A stretch of DNA of 64,000 bases from Patescibacteria group bacterium (GTDB lineage: Bacteria; Patescibacteriota; Minisyncoccia; RBG-13-40-8-A). This document shows, one piece after another, positions 19,025-28,215 of the stretch; the first letter of the stretch is position 1; every line of letters starts with the position of its first letter. The stretch lies in contig JAZDGD010000001.1 in assembly GCA_043807255.1 (NCBI GenBank), positions 8,464 through 72,463 of the forward strand. The letters are read 5' to 3'. Under the pieces are notes generated by a model, which did no database searches, had not been told where the DNA came from, and saw nothing but the letters and a program-made list of their open reading frames with translations. Position numbers and translations under genes: made by a program.

Positions 19025-19714
19025 ATGGCAATTAAAAGACCACAATTAATTAATAATGAAATTTACCACATCATTATTAGGGGCGTAGGTGACACGAAAA
19101 TTTTTAAAGAGCAAAACGATTATTATCGTATGATTTTTTCTCTTTACGAATTTAATAATTATAGACCAGTAGAAATTAGGACTCGACGACAAAAAAGAAA
19201 AACAGAGAAGATGTACGGAGAACTGTTCTCCGGCACATTCTCTGACGACAGGGACTTGCTGGTAGAGATTTTAGCATTTTGTTTTATGCCGAACCATGTA
19301 CATTTATTGTTGAGGCAAATTAAAAACAACGGCATTACAAAATTTATGAGGAAGCTTGGGGCTGGATATGGAGGTTATTTTAATAGAAGACACGATCGTA
19401 AAGGACATTTATTCCAAAACAGATTTCAAGCAGTTCACATAAACACAGATGATCAATTGCAAACGGTTTTTGTTTACATTCATTCTAATCCAATATCATT
19501 GGTCGAGCCAAAATGGAAAGAGGTGGGCGTAAAAAATACAAATAAAGCGATTAAATTTATAGAAAATTATAAATGGTCTAGTTATCTGGACTATATAGAT
19601 AAAAAGAATTTTCCATCCATAACTAATAGAAAATTTTTAGGAGACGTAATTGGTAAAAACGAAAAGTGTAAAAAGTTTGTTAATGATTGGATAAAGTATA
19701 AAAATGAATTATAA
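19025..19714 (+). mobile_element. REP-associated tyrosine transposase (RAYT / IS200-like TnpA), copy 1
   Basis: HxH motif (FCFMPNHVHLLL) and a catalytic Tyr region, flanked on both sides by REP family 1 palindromes. Confidence 0.75.
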
Positions 19715-19719
19715 ATAGA

Positions 19720-19744
19720 TGTACGGAGAACAGTTCTCCGTACA
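19720..19744. repeat. REP family 1 palindrome, 3' flanking copy
   Basis: TGTACGGAGAACAGTTCTCCGTACA read directly from the sequence. Confidence 0.8.
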
Positions 19745-19755
19745 CCTATATTAAT

Positions 19756-21033
19756 ATGAGCAAATTGTATCAAAAGTTTACATTTAAAAATGGTCTAAGG
19801 TTGGTCACTGTTCCAATGAAAAACACTCAAGCAGTGACTGTTTTAGTTTTAGTTGGAACTGGTTCAAAATATGAAACAAAAGGAATTAATGGCATTTCCC
19901 ATTTTTTGGAACATATGCTTTTTAAGGGAACGAAAAAGAGGCCGACATCACTGGACGTGTCTCTGGTTCTTGATAAAATAGGAGGGGAAAATAATGCCTT
20001 TACCGACAGAGAACAAACCGGTTACTATGCCAAGGTCGACGCAAAACATTTAGACACAGCCATCGATTGGATTTCTGATATTTTTCTAAATTCAAAATTT
20101 GATTCAAGGGAAATCGAAAAAGAAAAAGGTGTGATTATTGAAGAAATTAATATGTACCTAGACGAACCGCGTAGATATGTAGGCACATTGTGGAATAAGT
20201 TGTTATATGGTGATCAACCAGCTGGGTGGGACATTGCCGGAACGGAAGAAACGATAAAAAATATAAAAAGAAACGATTTTATAAATTATTTAAAGAATCA
20301 TTATTCTGCGTCAAATACGGTTATGGTTGTTGCGGGGAAAATAGACAATCTTAATAAATTAAAAAAAGATATTGAAAATAGATTTAAAACGACAAACCAC
20401 AAAAAATCACAAGATAGACTAGGAGTCGTTTTTTCGCAAAACAAACCTCAGAAATTAATTCATTTTAAAAAAACCGATCAAGCCCATTTATGTTTGGGCG
20501 TTCGTTCTTACAATATTTTTCATAAAGATATATATGTGTTGAACGTTTTGACTAGTATTCTGAGCGGAGGATTTAGTTCGAGAATGCTCATAGAGATTCG
20601 AGAAAAGCGAGGATTAGCATATTATGTTGGGACGTCTAATTATTCCAATTTAGATAATGGGTGCCTTGTAACACGCGCCGGAGTAAATAACTCTAAAGCA
20701 GATGAGGCGACAATAGAAATTTTAAAACAATATAAATTAATTAAAAACAAGAAAGTATCTGCACAAGAACTAAGAAAGGCCAAGGACTATATTAAGGGGA
20801 GGGCTATTTTGGGCATGGAATCGTCTGACGATTGGGCATCTTTTTATGGTGATCAAGAATTATTCGAAAATAAGATTTTGACCTTAGAAGAAAAACTTGC
20901 TAAAATAGAAGCAGTGACAGCCGAAGACGTACAAAGAGTGGCAAAAGACATTTTTAAACCAGAAAAATTAAATTTAGCATTAATCGGTCCATTTAAGAAC
21001 AAGAAGAGATTTCAAAACTTATTGGATCTATAA
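19756..21033 (+). CDS. M16 family (insulinase-like) zinc peptidase
   Basis: Inverted zinc motif HFLEHMLFKGT. Confidence 0.8.
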   Translation: MSKLYQKFTFKNGLRLVTVPMKNTQAVTVLVLVGTGSKYETKGINGISHFLEHMLFKGTKKRPTSLDVSLVLDKIGGENNAFTDREQTGYYAKVDAKHLDTAIDWISDIFLNSKFDSREIEKEKGVIIEEINMYLDEPRRYVGTLWNKLLYGDQPAGWDIAGTEETIKNIKRNDFINYLKNHYSASNTVMVVAGKIDNLNKLKKDIENRFKTTNHKKSQDRLGVVFSQNKPQKLIHFKKTDQAHLCLGVRSYNIFHKDIYVLNVLTSILSGGFSSRMLIEIREKRGLAYYVGTSNYSNLDNGCLVTRAGVNNSKADEATIEILKQYKLIKNKKVSAQELRKAKDYIKGRAILGMESSDDWASFYGDQELFENKILTLEEKLAKIEAVTAEDVQRVAKDIFKPEKLNLALIGPFKNKKRFQNLLDL

Positions 21034-21035
21034 GC

Positions 21036-22076
21036 ATGCAAGAAACAAAAACAATTAATATTTCTACGAATACAATAATTAGAGTTATTTTAATAATTCT
21101 CGGTTTGGGATTTCTTTATCTTATTAAGAACGTTATTGTTCTATTTATTTTTGCCTTAATTATTGCTTCGGCAATAGCTCCAGCCATTAATTTTTTCGAA
21201 AAAATTAAAATACCTCGAGTAATCGGGGCGTTAATTGTTTATATTTTGGTTATTGGTGCAATTGCGCTTTTGGCTTCTCTGATTGTTCCAACGATTGCAA
21301 GAAACGTTAAGGATTTAGCAACCAACCTGCCATCTTATATTGAGTCGTTGTCAGAAAAATTTCAATCATTCGAAAAAGCATCATCGAAATATGGGATGAT
21401 TATCGACAGGATGCAGGAGTATTTGAGTAATATTGGTGAAACGTTAAAATCGTTAAGCGCAAATATCTTCTCAACGGCAGTCAGTTTCTTCGGTGGAATA
21501 TTCTCATTCTTTTTGGTTATAGTGATGTCTTTTTATATTTCAGTTCAAAAGAAGGGGGTGCAGAGGGTTTTGACTGCAATTATGCCCATACATTATCGTG
21601 ATTATGTTTTGGATCTTTGGGAAAGGGCACAAAAAAAACTGGGCAGATGGCTCCAGGGTCAATTATTTCTTGCTTTGGTTGTTGGGGTGTTGGTTTATAT
21701 TGGGCTTTCTCTTTTGGGCGTTAAATATGCCTTGATTTTAGGGATAATTTCAGGAGTTTTAGAATTGTTCCCATACATCGGTCCTGTTCTTGCGGGCATT
21801 CCGGGCGTGATTTTGGGGTTATTGCAGGCGCCGATTCTTGGTTTATGGGTCTTGATTTTGTATTTAGTTGTTCAGCAGGTGGAGGCTTATTTAATTGCGC
21901 CACTTGTGATGGGCAAGGTTGTTGGCTTAAATCCGATTGTAATTATTTTAGCATTATTGATTGGTGGAAAATTGGGAGGAATATTGGGCATGGTTTTGGC
22001 TGTTCCCTTGGCAGCAGTTTTCGCAGAATTGTTGAGAGATATGCTTAAAAAACGAAAAGAAGCAGAAGCGCAATAG
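21036..22076 (+). CDS. AI-2E family transporter (UPF0118/PerM-like)
   Basis: 8-TM architecture and the conserved C-terminal region typical of AI-2E proteins. Confidence 0.6.
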   Translation: MQETKTINISTNTIIRVILIILGLGFLYLIKNVIVLFIFALIIASAIAPAINFFEKIKIPRVIGALIVYILVIGAIALLASLIVPTIARNVKDLATNLPSYIESLSEKFQSFEKASSKYGMIIDRMQEYLSNIGETLKSLSANIFSTAVSFFGGIFSFFLVIVMSFYISVQKKGVQRVLTAIMPIHYRDYVLDLWERAQKKLGRWLQGQLFLALVVGVLVYIGLSLLGVKYALILGIISGVLELFPYIGPVLAGIPGVILGLLQAPILGLWVLILYLVVQQVEAYLIAPLVMGKVVGLNPIVIILALLIGGKLGGILGMVLAVPLAAVFAELLRDMLKKRKEAEAQ

Positions 22077-22521
22077 CGATAACGATGATTTGGGTAAATA
22101 ATTCAAGGAAGGTAGGCCTACCTTCCTTTTGTGATTTATAGTTTATTTTATTGTTAAAGTCTCTATATTTGGAAAATATTTTATTATTAAAAATCATTGA
22201 CAGCCCCCAAATAAAATCAGGCAAAACAGAGAAAAATATTCCAACAACAACCAACATTATTTGTCTAAAATCTAACTGATGATTAAAAACACAAACAAAG
22301 AAAACAATTAGCCCTGCAATCACATCAATTGATGTTTTAAGGATAATTTTAATTTTTTTATTCTTTTTAAAATCGACAGCATCTTGATAGGTTAAATAAT
22401 CCCAGTGTGGAATTTGATCTAATATAAAATGAAAAATAATCGCTAACAATGCGACTAATCCAAAACTATCTATTTTTGAACCGATTACTGCGCCGACTAT
22501 AATATGTGGTAATAAAACCAT
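22045..22521 (-). CDS. Membrane protein, possibly a DUF457/YdjM-like membrane-bound hydrolase
   Basis: Hydrophobic, with an HxxxD..H pattern. It overlaps the 3' end of the convergent gene; the perfect palindrome ggaaggtaggcctaccttcc lies at 22107-22126. Confidence 0.3.
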   Translation of the reverse strand: MVLLPHIIVGAVIGSKIDSFGLVALLAIIFHFILDQIPHWDYLTYQDAVDFKKNKKIKIILKTSIDVIAGLIVFFVCVFNHQLDFRQIMLVVVGIFFSVLPDFIWGLSMIFNNKIFSKYRDFNNKINYKSQKEGRPTFLELFTQIIVIAIALLLLFVF

Positions 22522-22568
22522 AGTATTTCAATATTAACAAATATTTAATTCACTGTTAAGCTTAAGAC

Positions 22569-23237
22569 ATGGGGAAGCTATACATCGTTGCAACACCAAT
22601 AGGAAATTTAGGAGACATAACCTTAAGGGCATTAGAGGTTCTAAAAAGCGTTGATTTGGTTTTGTGCGAAGACACAAGGGTTGCACAAAAATTATTAAAT
22701 CATTTTGAAATCAAAAAACCATTACAAAGTTATCATCAACATAGCGATTCTAGAAAAACAGATTATATTGTAGGAATTTTGGGAGAAGGCAAGGATGTTG
22801 CGTTGATTTCTGATTCTGGTACGCCGGGAATATCTGATCCGGGCAACGAATTAGTTGCAATAATTAATAATCAATTATCACTAATTAATATTATTCCAAT
22901 CCCCGGGCCAAGCGCGATGACTGCGATTGCGAGTGTCGCTGGAATTCCAATGGATAAATTTGTATTTATGGGATTTCCTCCACACAAAAAAGGCAGGCAA
23001 ACAATGTTTAGAGAAATTTCTGAATCAAAATATCCGGTGATAATTTACGAATCAGTGCATAGAATAATTAAAACCCTAAAAGAATTGCAAGTATTTAATG
23101 ATTTTGATATAGTGGTAGGACGAGAATTAACCAAGAAATTTGAAACAATCTACCGTGGTAAAATTTCCGAAGTCATTCCCCAAATCGAACCACGAGGAGA
23201 GTTTGTAGTAATAATTTGCCCAAACCATGAAAAATAA
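22569..23237 (+). CDS. rsmI: 16S rRNA (cytidine1402-2'-O)-methyltransferase
   Basis: GKLYIVATPIGNLGDITLRA...CEDTR is the RsmI N-terminal motif. Confidence 0.85.
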   Translation: MGKLYIVATPIGNLGDITLRALEVLKSVDLVLCEDTRVAQKLLNHFEIKKPLQSYHQHSDSRKTDYIVGILGEGKDVALISDSGTPGISDPGNELVAIINNQLSLINIIPIPGPSAMTAIASVAGIPMDKFVFMGFPPHKKGRQTMFREISESKYPVIIYESVHRIIKTLKELQVFNDFDIVVGRELTKKFETIYRGKISEVIPQIEPRGEFVVIICPNHEK

Positions 23238-24738
23238 ATTTTATATCACAACTACATTGCCATACGTAAATGCCGCACCACACGTGGGGCATGCATTAGA
23301 AATTGTGCAAGCAGATGTTATCGCTCGATATCGTGCCTTACAGGGCGACGAGGTGTTTTTTAATACTGGGACAGATGAACATGGACTTAAAATTTATCAA
23401 AAAGCATTAGAAGAAAAAAAGGATCCACAAGCATACTGCAATGAATATGCGGCAAAATTTGATTTATTGAAAGAAAAATTAAATTTATCTTACAATAATT
23501 TTATTCGCACAACCGACAAACATCACATCGAAGCATGCCAGGAATTTTGGAAACGATGCGAAAAAAATGGAGATATCTATAAAAAGAACTACAAAACCAA
23601 ATATTGTGTTGGTTGCGAATTAGAAAAAACCGATTCCGAATTAGTTGATGGCAAGTGCTCAAATCATCCCAATTATAAATTAGAAATTATTGATGAAGAA
23701 AATTATTTTTTTAGATTTTCAAAATACCAACAACCACTGTTAGATCTTTATGATAAAAATAAAAATTTTGTGATTCCTACTCATCGTCAAAAAGAAATTT
23801 ATAATTTTGTAAAAAATGGTTTACAGGATTTTAGCATTTCGCGACTTAAAACAAAAATGCCATGGGGTGTGCCAGTACCAGGGGACAGTGATCATATAAT
23901 GTATGTTTGGTTTGATGCTTTGATTAATTATATTTCTTGTTTGGGGTGGCCCTTCGACTACGCTCAGGGCAAGCCCGAAAATAAAAATAAGTTTAAGGAA
24001 TTTTGGGGCACAGACAAAAAACCAAACGCAATTCAGGTTGCCGGCAAGGATAATTTAAGACAACAAACTGCAATGTGGCAAGCAATGCTTTTATCGGCAA
24101 AGCTTCCATTGTCAAAACAAGTATTTATTCATGGCTTTATCAATTTGGAAGGGCAAAAAGTGAGTAAGTCGTCAGGCATAACTTTGCCCAGCCCAATTGA
24201 ATTAGTTGATAAATACGGTATCGATGCCGTTAGATATTATTTATTGCGAGGGATTCCGTCTTATGAAGATGGCGATTTTTCTATTCAAAGATTTGAAGAA
24301 TTGTATAATGCTGACTTGGCAAACGGACTTGGAAACTTGGTTGCGAGAGTTCTGGGACTAATAGAGAAAAATAATTTATTTAATGAGACCTCAAAAGATA
24401 AGGCCGACATTCGATACCAAACCAATGTAAATAATTTAAAAAAAGCAGTTGACGATTGTATTAATAAATTTGAATTTACGGAATTTTTGGAAGCTGTCTG
24501 GGCGGGGATTAGGGTGTTGGGAGATAAATATATCGACGATAAGAAGCCGTGGGAATTAATAAAAAACAATAAAAACGAAACAAAACAAGTCTTATCCAAT
24601 CTTCTGTATCTTATTTCCGAAATTGCTGACTTGATTGCACCGTTTTTGCCAGAAACTAGCGAAAAAATAAAAAATCAATTAAAAACAGGGAAATCGGAAA
24701 TATTGTTTCCGAGACTTGTCCCACCACTGCGGGGTTGA
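23227..24738 (+). CDS. metG: Methionine--tRNA ligase
   Basis: HIGH-type motif (NAAPHVGHAL), zinc knuckle (CVGCELEK...C) and KMSKS (KVSKSSG). Confidence 0.9.
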   Translation: MKNKFYITTTLPYVNAAPHVGHALEIVQADVIARYRALQGDEVFFNTGTDEHGLKIYQKALEEKKDPQAYCNEYAAKFDLLKEKLNLSYNNFIRTTDKHHIEACQEFWKRCEKNGDIYKKNYKTKYCVGCELEKTDSELVDGKCSNHPNYKLEIIDEENYFFRFSKYQQPLLDLYDKNKNFVIPTHRQKEIYNFVKNGLQDFSISRLKTKMPWGVPVPGDSDHIMYVWFDALINYISCLGWPFDYAQGKPENKNKFKEFWGTDKKPNAIQVAGKDNLRQQTAMWQAMLLSAKLPLSKQVFIHGFINLEGQKVSKSSGITLPSPIELVDKYGIDAVRYYLLRGIPSYEDGDFSIQRFEELYNADLANGLGNLVARVLGLIEKNNLFNETSKDKADIRYQTNVNNLKKAVDDCINKFEFTEFLEAVWAGIRVLGDKYIDDKKPWELIKNNKNETKQVLSNLLYLISEIADLIAPFLPETSEKIKNQLKTGKSEILFPRLVPPLRG

Positions 24739-24815
24739 CCAATCAACATTAATGGCGTATAGTTGAATCAGTTCCTTTGTGGAGCTGATTTTAAATTAAA
24801 GAAAGAGAGGATACT

Positions 24816-25832
24816 ATGAGAAAGTCAGTTTGTGTGGTTCTTTTCATTGTTTTGGTTGTTTTCTCGTTGCCTTTTTCGGTTTTTGCCCAGAGGGTCGAAC
24901 CCAATAAAGTCGTACCCAAGAAAGTCGTCAGGATCAATTCTGCTCCGCTTAAAATTGGCGGGGTTCACAATGAACAAGAATTGATGGATTTGCTTAATTC
25001 TGAGCAAGAGGCTATCGCTGTTGTTTTTGGTCACAACGATACATTGATCAAGATTTTTATTCAGCATCTGTCTGGAGACATAGAGATCGAGTCTCGATGG
25101 TTTAAAAAGGGTGACAGATTTTTATCCAATATTTATCGTTATAATGGTAAAATTTTTAACGTGGGAGAATGGGAATGGGCAGGCGAAAAGCCGTTTGATG
25201 CATTTGTATTTCCCATCGAACAAGACCTAGGAGACATTATAAGGCAATATTGGGTTGTGGTTATTAAAGATTGTGCAAATATTGTTCTATGGGAAATTGT
25301 CGATCTTCCTATTCCGATCGAGAAGGTTGAAGAAAGGCAAGTCATTCCGCAAAGGGAAGAAAGAGAAATTCTCGAATTTCCGTCCAGGTTGTCGCTTAAA
25401 AACGACACCAAACAGCCAGCTCAAATAGATTTCTTTGCTGGAGCTGGAGTTGGCGGGTTTTATTCCTGTTTTATGGAGTATGGAACCATAGAGTGGGGAG
25501 TGGAACGTCAAATCTCTGGCCCGGTTAGCGTATTAGCATCCATTGGTGTTGGTGTGCCCGTCGGTCAGAATAAACGCGGTTGGTACACTGTACCAATGGT
25601 AAACCTCGATTTGGTTGGAACATTATTTGAACCAGTTTATCTGGGGGCAGGAATCGGATTTTCCGGTAAAATGAAAGAGGGACAAGAGTCCCAATTGGAA
25701 TTTGGTCCAACCGTCGGGTTTCGCGTGGGAGGTGTGGATTTCTCATTTAGGGGGAGAGTTCCTTTTAAAGGAGACCCAAGGGGGGTAAAGGGGAACTACA
25801 AAATTCTCCTTGGGATGAAAATATTTTTTTGA
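24816..25832 (+). CDS. Secreted beta-rich protein ending in Phe (outer-membrane beta-barrel-like), GC-richer than its flanks
   Basis: Signal peptide MRKSVCVVLFIVLVVFSLPFSVFA and a G/F/V-rich C-terminal half ending ...GMKIFF. Confidence 0.4.
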   Translation: MRKSVCVVLFIVLVVFSLPFSVFAQRVEPNKVVPKKVVRINSAPLKIGGVHNEQELMDLLNSEQEAIAVVFGHNDTLIKIFIQHLSGDIEIESRWFKKGDRFLSNIYRYNGKIFNVGEWEWAGEKPFDAFVFPIEQDLGDIIRQYWVVVIKDCANIVLWEIVDLPIPIEKVEERQVIPQREEREILEFPSRLSLKNDTKQPAQIDFFAGAGVGGFYSCFMEYGTIEWGVERQISGPVSVLASIGVGVPVGQNKRGWYTVPMVNLDLVGTLFEPVYLGAGIGFSGKMKEGQESQLEFGPTVGFRVGGVDFSFRGRVPFKGDPRGVKGNYKILLGMKIFF

Positions 25833-25852
25833 ACATTTTAGAAAGCAAGACG

Positions 25853-25890
25853 AAGGGGGTCCGATGGTCATCGGACCCCCTTTTTTATTT
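25853..25890 (+). terminator. Rho-independent terminator (gggggtccgatggtcatcggaccccc followed by a T-run)
   Basis: Perfect 10-bp GC stem followed by TTTTTTATT. Confidence 0.7.
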
Positions 25891-25916
25891 CTTTAAATAG
25901 TGATATATTCTAAAAT

Positions 25917-26744
25917 ATGTTAATCGATACACACGCGCATCTAAATTTTAAAGATTTTGATGATGATCGAGAAGAAATTATCAAACAATGTCAGAAGAAC
26001 GACATCGTCGTTCTTAATATTGGCGTAAATTATACTACCTCCAAAGAGGTGATTGAGCTTGCGGAAAAATATAATAATTGTTGGGCGACAGTCGCTGTTC
26101 ATCCACACGATATTGCCGAATCGCGCGACGGGGTTGGTTTTGATTATAATAAATTTTTGGAGCTTGCTAAACATTCTCGCGTTGTAGGAATTGGTGAGTG
26201 TGGTTTGGATTATCAACTCATAGAGGCAGATAAACGCAGACTTGGAACGCAGATCGACGCAGAAAAAGCGCAAAAACAACAACAAGAAATTTTTATACAA
26301 CATTTAAAATTAGCACAAGAAGTAGATAAGCCAATAATCATTCATTCCCGTAGATTGTTCCCAGAAATTTTAGAAATCATTAAAACATTTCAAGCATCAA
26401 GCATCAAGCATTTAAATGGTGTCCTGCATTGCTATATGGGTCGCTGGTCTTACGCTGAAGAATATTTGAAATTAGGGTTTTATTTGAGTTTTACGGGACT
26501 GATAACTTATGCGCGAGATTATGATAAAGTTATTAAAAATTGCCCATTGGATAGAATTTTAATTGAAACCGATTCGCCATACTTAACGCCGGATCCTTTG
26601 CGAAAAAAGGACGAAATTGTCAGAAATACACCGCTGAATGTTGAATTAGTCGCTCGAAAAATCGCCGAAATAAAAGGAATTAGTTTTGAAGAAGTTGCAG
26701 AACAAACAACCAAAAACGCACAAAAGTTATTTAAAATACAATAA
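25917..26744 (+). CDS. tatD: TatD family Mg-dependent DNase/hydrolase
   Basis: IDTHAHL, GEcGLDY and HSR motifs. It carries an in-frame CGCAGATAAA repeat insert at 26225-26275. Confidence 0.85.
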   Translation: MLIDTHAHLNFKDFDDDREEIIKQCQKNDIVVLNIGVNYTTSKEVIELAEKYNNCWATVAVHPHDIAESRDGVGFDYNKFLELAKHSRVVGIGECGLDYQLIEADKRRLGTQIDAEKAQKQQQEIFIQHLKLAQEVDKPIIIHSRRLFPEILEIIKTFQASSIKHLNGVLHCYMGRWSYAEEYLKLGFYLSFTGLITYARDYDKVIKNCPLDRILIETDSPYLTPDPLRKKDEIVRNTPLNVELVARKIAEIKGISFEEVAEQTTKNAQKLFKIQ

Positions 26745-26745
26745 T

Positions 26746-27085
26746 CCTTGATTTTTTTAAAATAACAGATTATAATGATTTCGCAGGTAGCAGGCATAAG
26801 TTCGTTCCTTTTCTCGACGGCGGAACACCTCATTGGTACCCAATGAGTCTAACGGCGAAAGCCAGGTACTGTCCTTATCGGGCGAAAGCCCGAAATAGGA
26901 ACATTGCGTGGATCAAGCCGATTCTCGGCTTGGTCTGCCAGATCGGGGGTTCGCGGGAGATACATTGAGCGTCAAGGGACACCCTCTCTCTCCCTCTCCA
27001 CAACGCCCAGCCATGAATGCCTGTGTCAACACCTGTGGCCCTTGCCCAAACAAGGGCCATCTTTTTTAAGTAAATCAACCAAAAA
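26746..27085 (+). ncRNA. Candidate retron msr/msd non-coding RNA (GC-rich, hairpin-dense)
   Basis: About 340 nt, far GC-richer than the genome. It contains multiple hairpins, including two GAAA tetraloops, ctcattggtacccaatgag and aagccgattctcggctt. A candidate a1 (ccttgatttttttaaaa) and a2 (ttttttaagtaaatcaacc) inverted pair lies at the ends. It sits directly upstream of a retron-type RT with an SD (aaaggag) between them. Confidence 0.5.
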
Positions 27086-27096
27086 GGAGAAATGGG

Positions 27097-28143
27097 TTGA
27101 AAAAATATACCGTTCCGAGGATATTAGGAGAATCAGTTCTTTTTATGTTAATCAGAAGGTACGGTAATTGTAAGACGCAAGAGACAATTACGGCAGAGGT
27201 ATTATCAAAATTAATTTCTTGTCCGCCCTACACGACCAGCAGAAGCCTTATTAATGGTAAGGTTCGCGAATTAAGTATTCCAAGCAGAGAACTTAAAATG
27301 GTTTTAAGGGTAATTCTAAAAAATATTTTTGATTATTTTGGTGTGTCGGGCTTTGCTCACGGCGGAGTGTGTGAAAAATCTATCGTTACGAATGCCGAAA
27401 TACATCTTGGGGCAAAGTCTATCTTCAAAATTGATTTTAGACATTATTATCCATCGATTACTCAAAAAATGGTCGTGGATTGCCTCTCTCGATTGTTAGA
27501 AAAAAACGTTGGATGTATTGCTACTTTAGAAAATTGCGGCATGTCTTCTTTTCGAGAGGCAAGAGGATTGGCGGGAATTATTGGTCGTTTAGCTACACAC
27601 AAAGGAGTGTTGCCTCAAGGGGCACCAACTAGTTCGTGTTTACAAAACCTGATTTTTAGAGATCTAGATGAAAAGATCTCCAAAGTAGCCGAAAAATATT
27701 TTCTTCGTTACACTCGCTTTGTGGATGACCTAACTTTTTCTAGTGCCTGGCCAGAGATATCACAGTCAGCGTTAAATGAAATAATGGCACTGATTAAAAA
27801 CGAAGTTGGTGAATTTCTTAAATTGAATCGTAAGAAAATTCACTACAGAAAAGGGAAAAGAGAGGTACACAAAATCACAGGCGTAACAATTGTTCCTGGA
27901 CTAGACAATATTTCAAAAACATCTTTAACGCGAAGGCAGATAGAGCGATACAGAAGCGTATTGCATTTAGCTAGTTTGGGTCGCGTAAGCACGGATCAGG
28001 CATGGGGTGTAATCGCGTTTGTAAGAATGGTTTGTGGGGAAGGAATTCCCAATAGACTGAGAAAACCGTTTACACAATTTTTAACAAATTGCTATCCTGA
28101 TTCGTGGGACAGGAGGATTGAACCCTATAAGAATTGGTTGTAG
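27097..28143 (+). CDS. Retron-type reverse transcriptase (TTG start)
   Basis: RT motifs are collinear with retron RTs: NAxxH (VTNAEIHLG), KIDFRHYYPSI, LPQGAPTSSCLQNLIF, RYTRFVDDLTFSS (FVDD in the YADD position) and a VTG-like KITGVTIV. Confidence 0.8.
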   Translation: MKKYTVPRILGESVLFMLIRRYGNCKTQETITAEVLSKLISCPPYTTSRSLINGKVRELSIPSRELKMVLRVILKNIFDYFGVSGFAHGGVCEKSIVTNAEIHLGAKSIFKIDFRHYYPSITQKMVVDCLSRLLEKNVGCIATLENCGMSSFREARGLAGIIGRLATHKGVLPQGAPTSSCLQNLIFRDLDEKISKVAEKYFLRYTRFVDDLTFSSAWPEISQSALNEIMALIKNEVGEFLKLNRKKIHYRKGKREVHKITGVTIVPGLDNISKTSLTRRQIERYRSVLHLASLGRVSTDQAWGVIAFVRMVCGEGIPNRLRKPFTQFLTNCYPDSWDRRIEPYKNWL

Positions 28144-28215
28144 CAGGCATTGGTTGCAAAACCGATGCCTTTTTTATTTGAAATTTATCTGTAAATTTGA
28201 TAAGATAAAGATAAT

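Noticed and set aside
26746-27085. RNase P RNA, SRP RNA or 6S RNA as the identity of the GC-rich ncRNA
   Set aside because: Conserved cores such as AGGAAAGUCCGG or GGAAGGAAGCAGC are absent.
26875-27167. Six-frame ORFs 26875..27078 (minus strand) and 26904..27167 (plus strand) inside the GC-rich region
   Set aside because: They are artefacts of local GC richness inside a hairpin-dense non-coding segment. They have no SD sequence, low-complexity Arg/Gly/Ser-rich composition, and overlap the retron ncRNA candidate.
26746-28143. Group II intron or DGR interpretation of the RT locus
   Set aside because: No GUGYG 5' end and no domain V-like helix. The RT is only 348 aa, lacks an X/maturase domain and carries the retron-specific NAxxH and VTG motifs. 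No template/variable-repeat pair or target gene is nearby.
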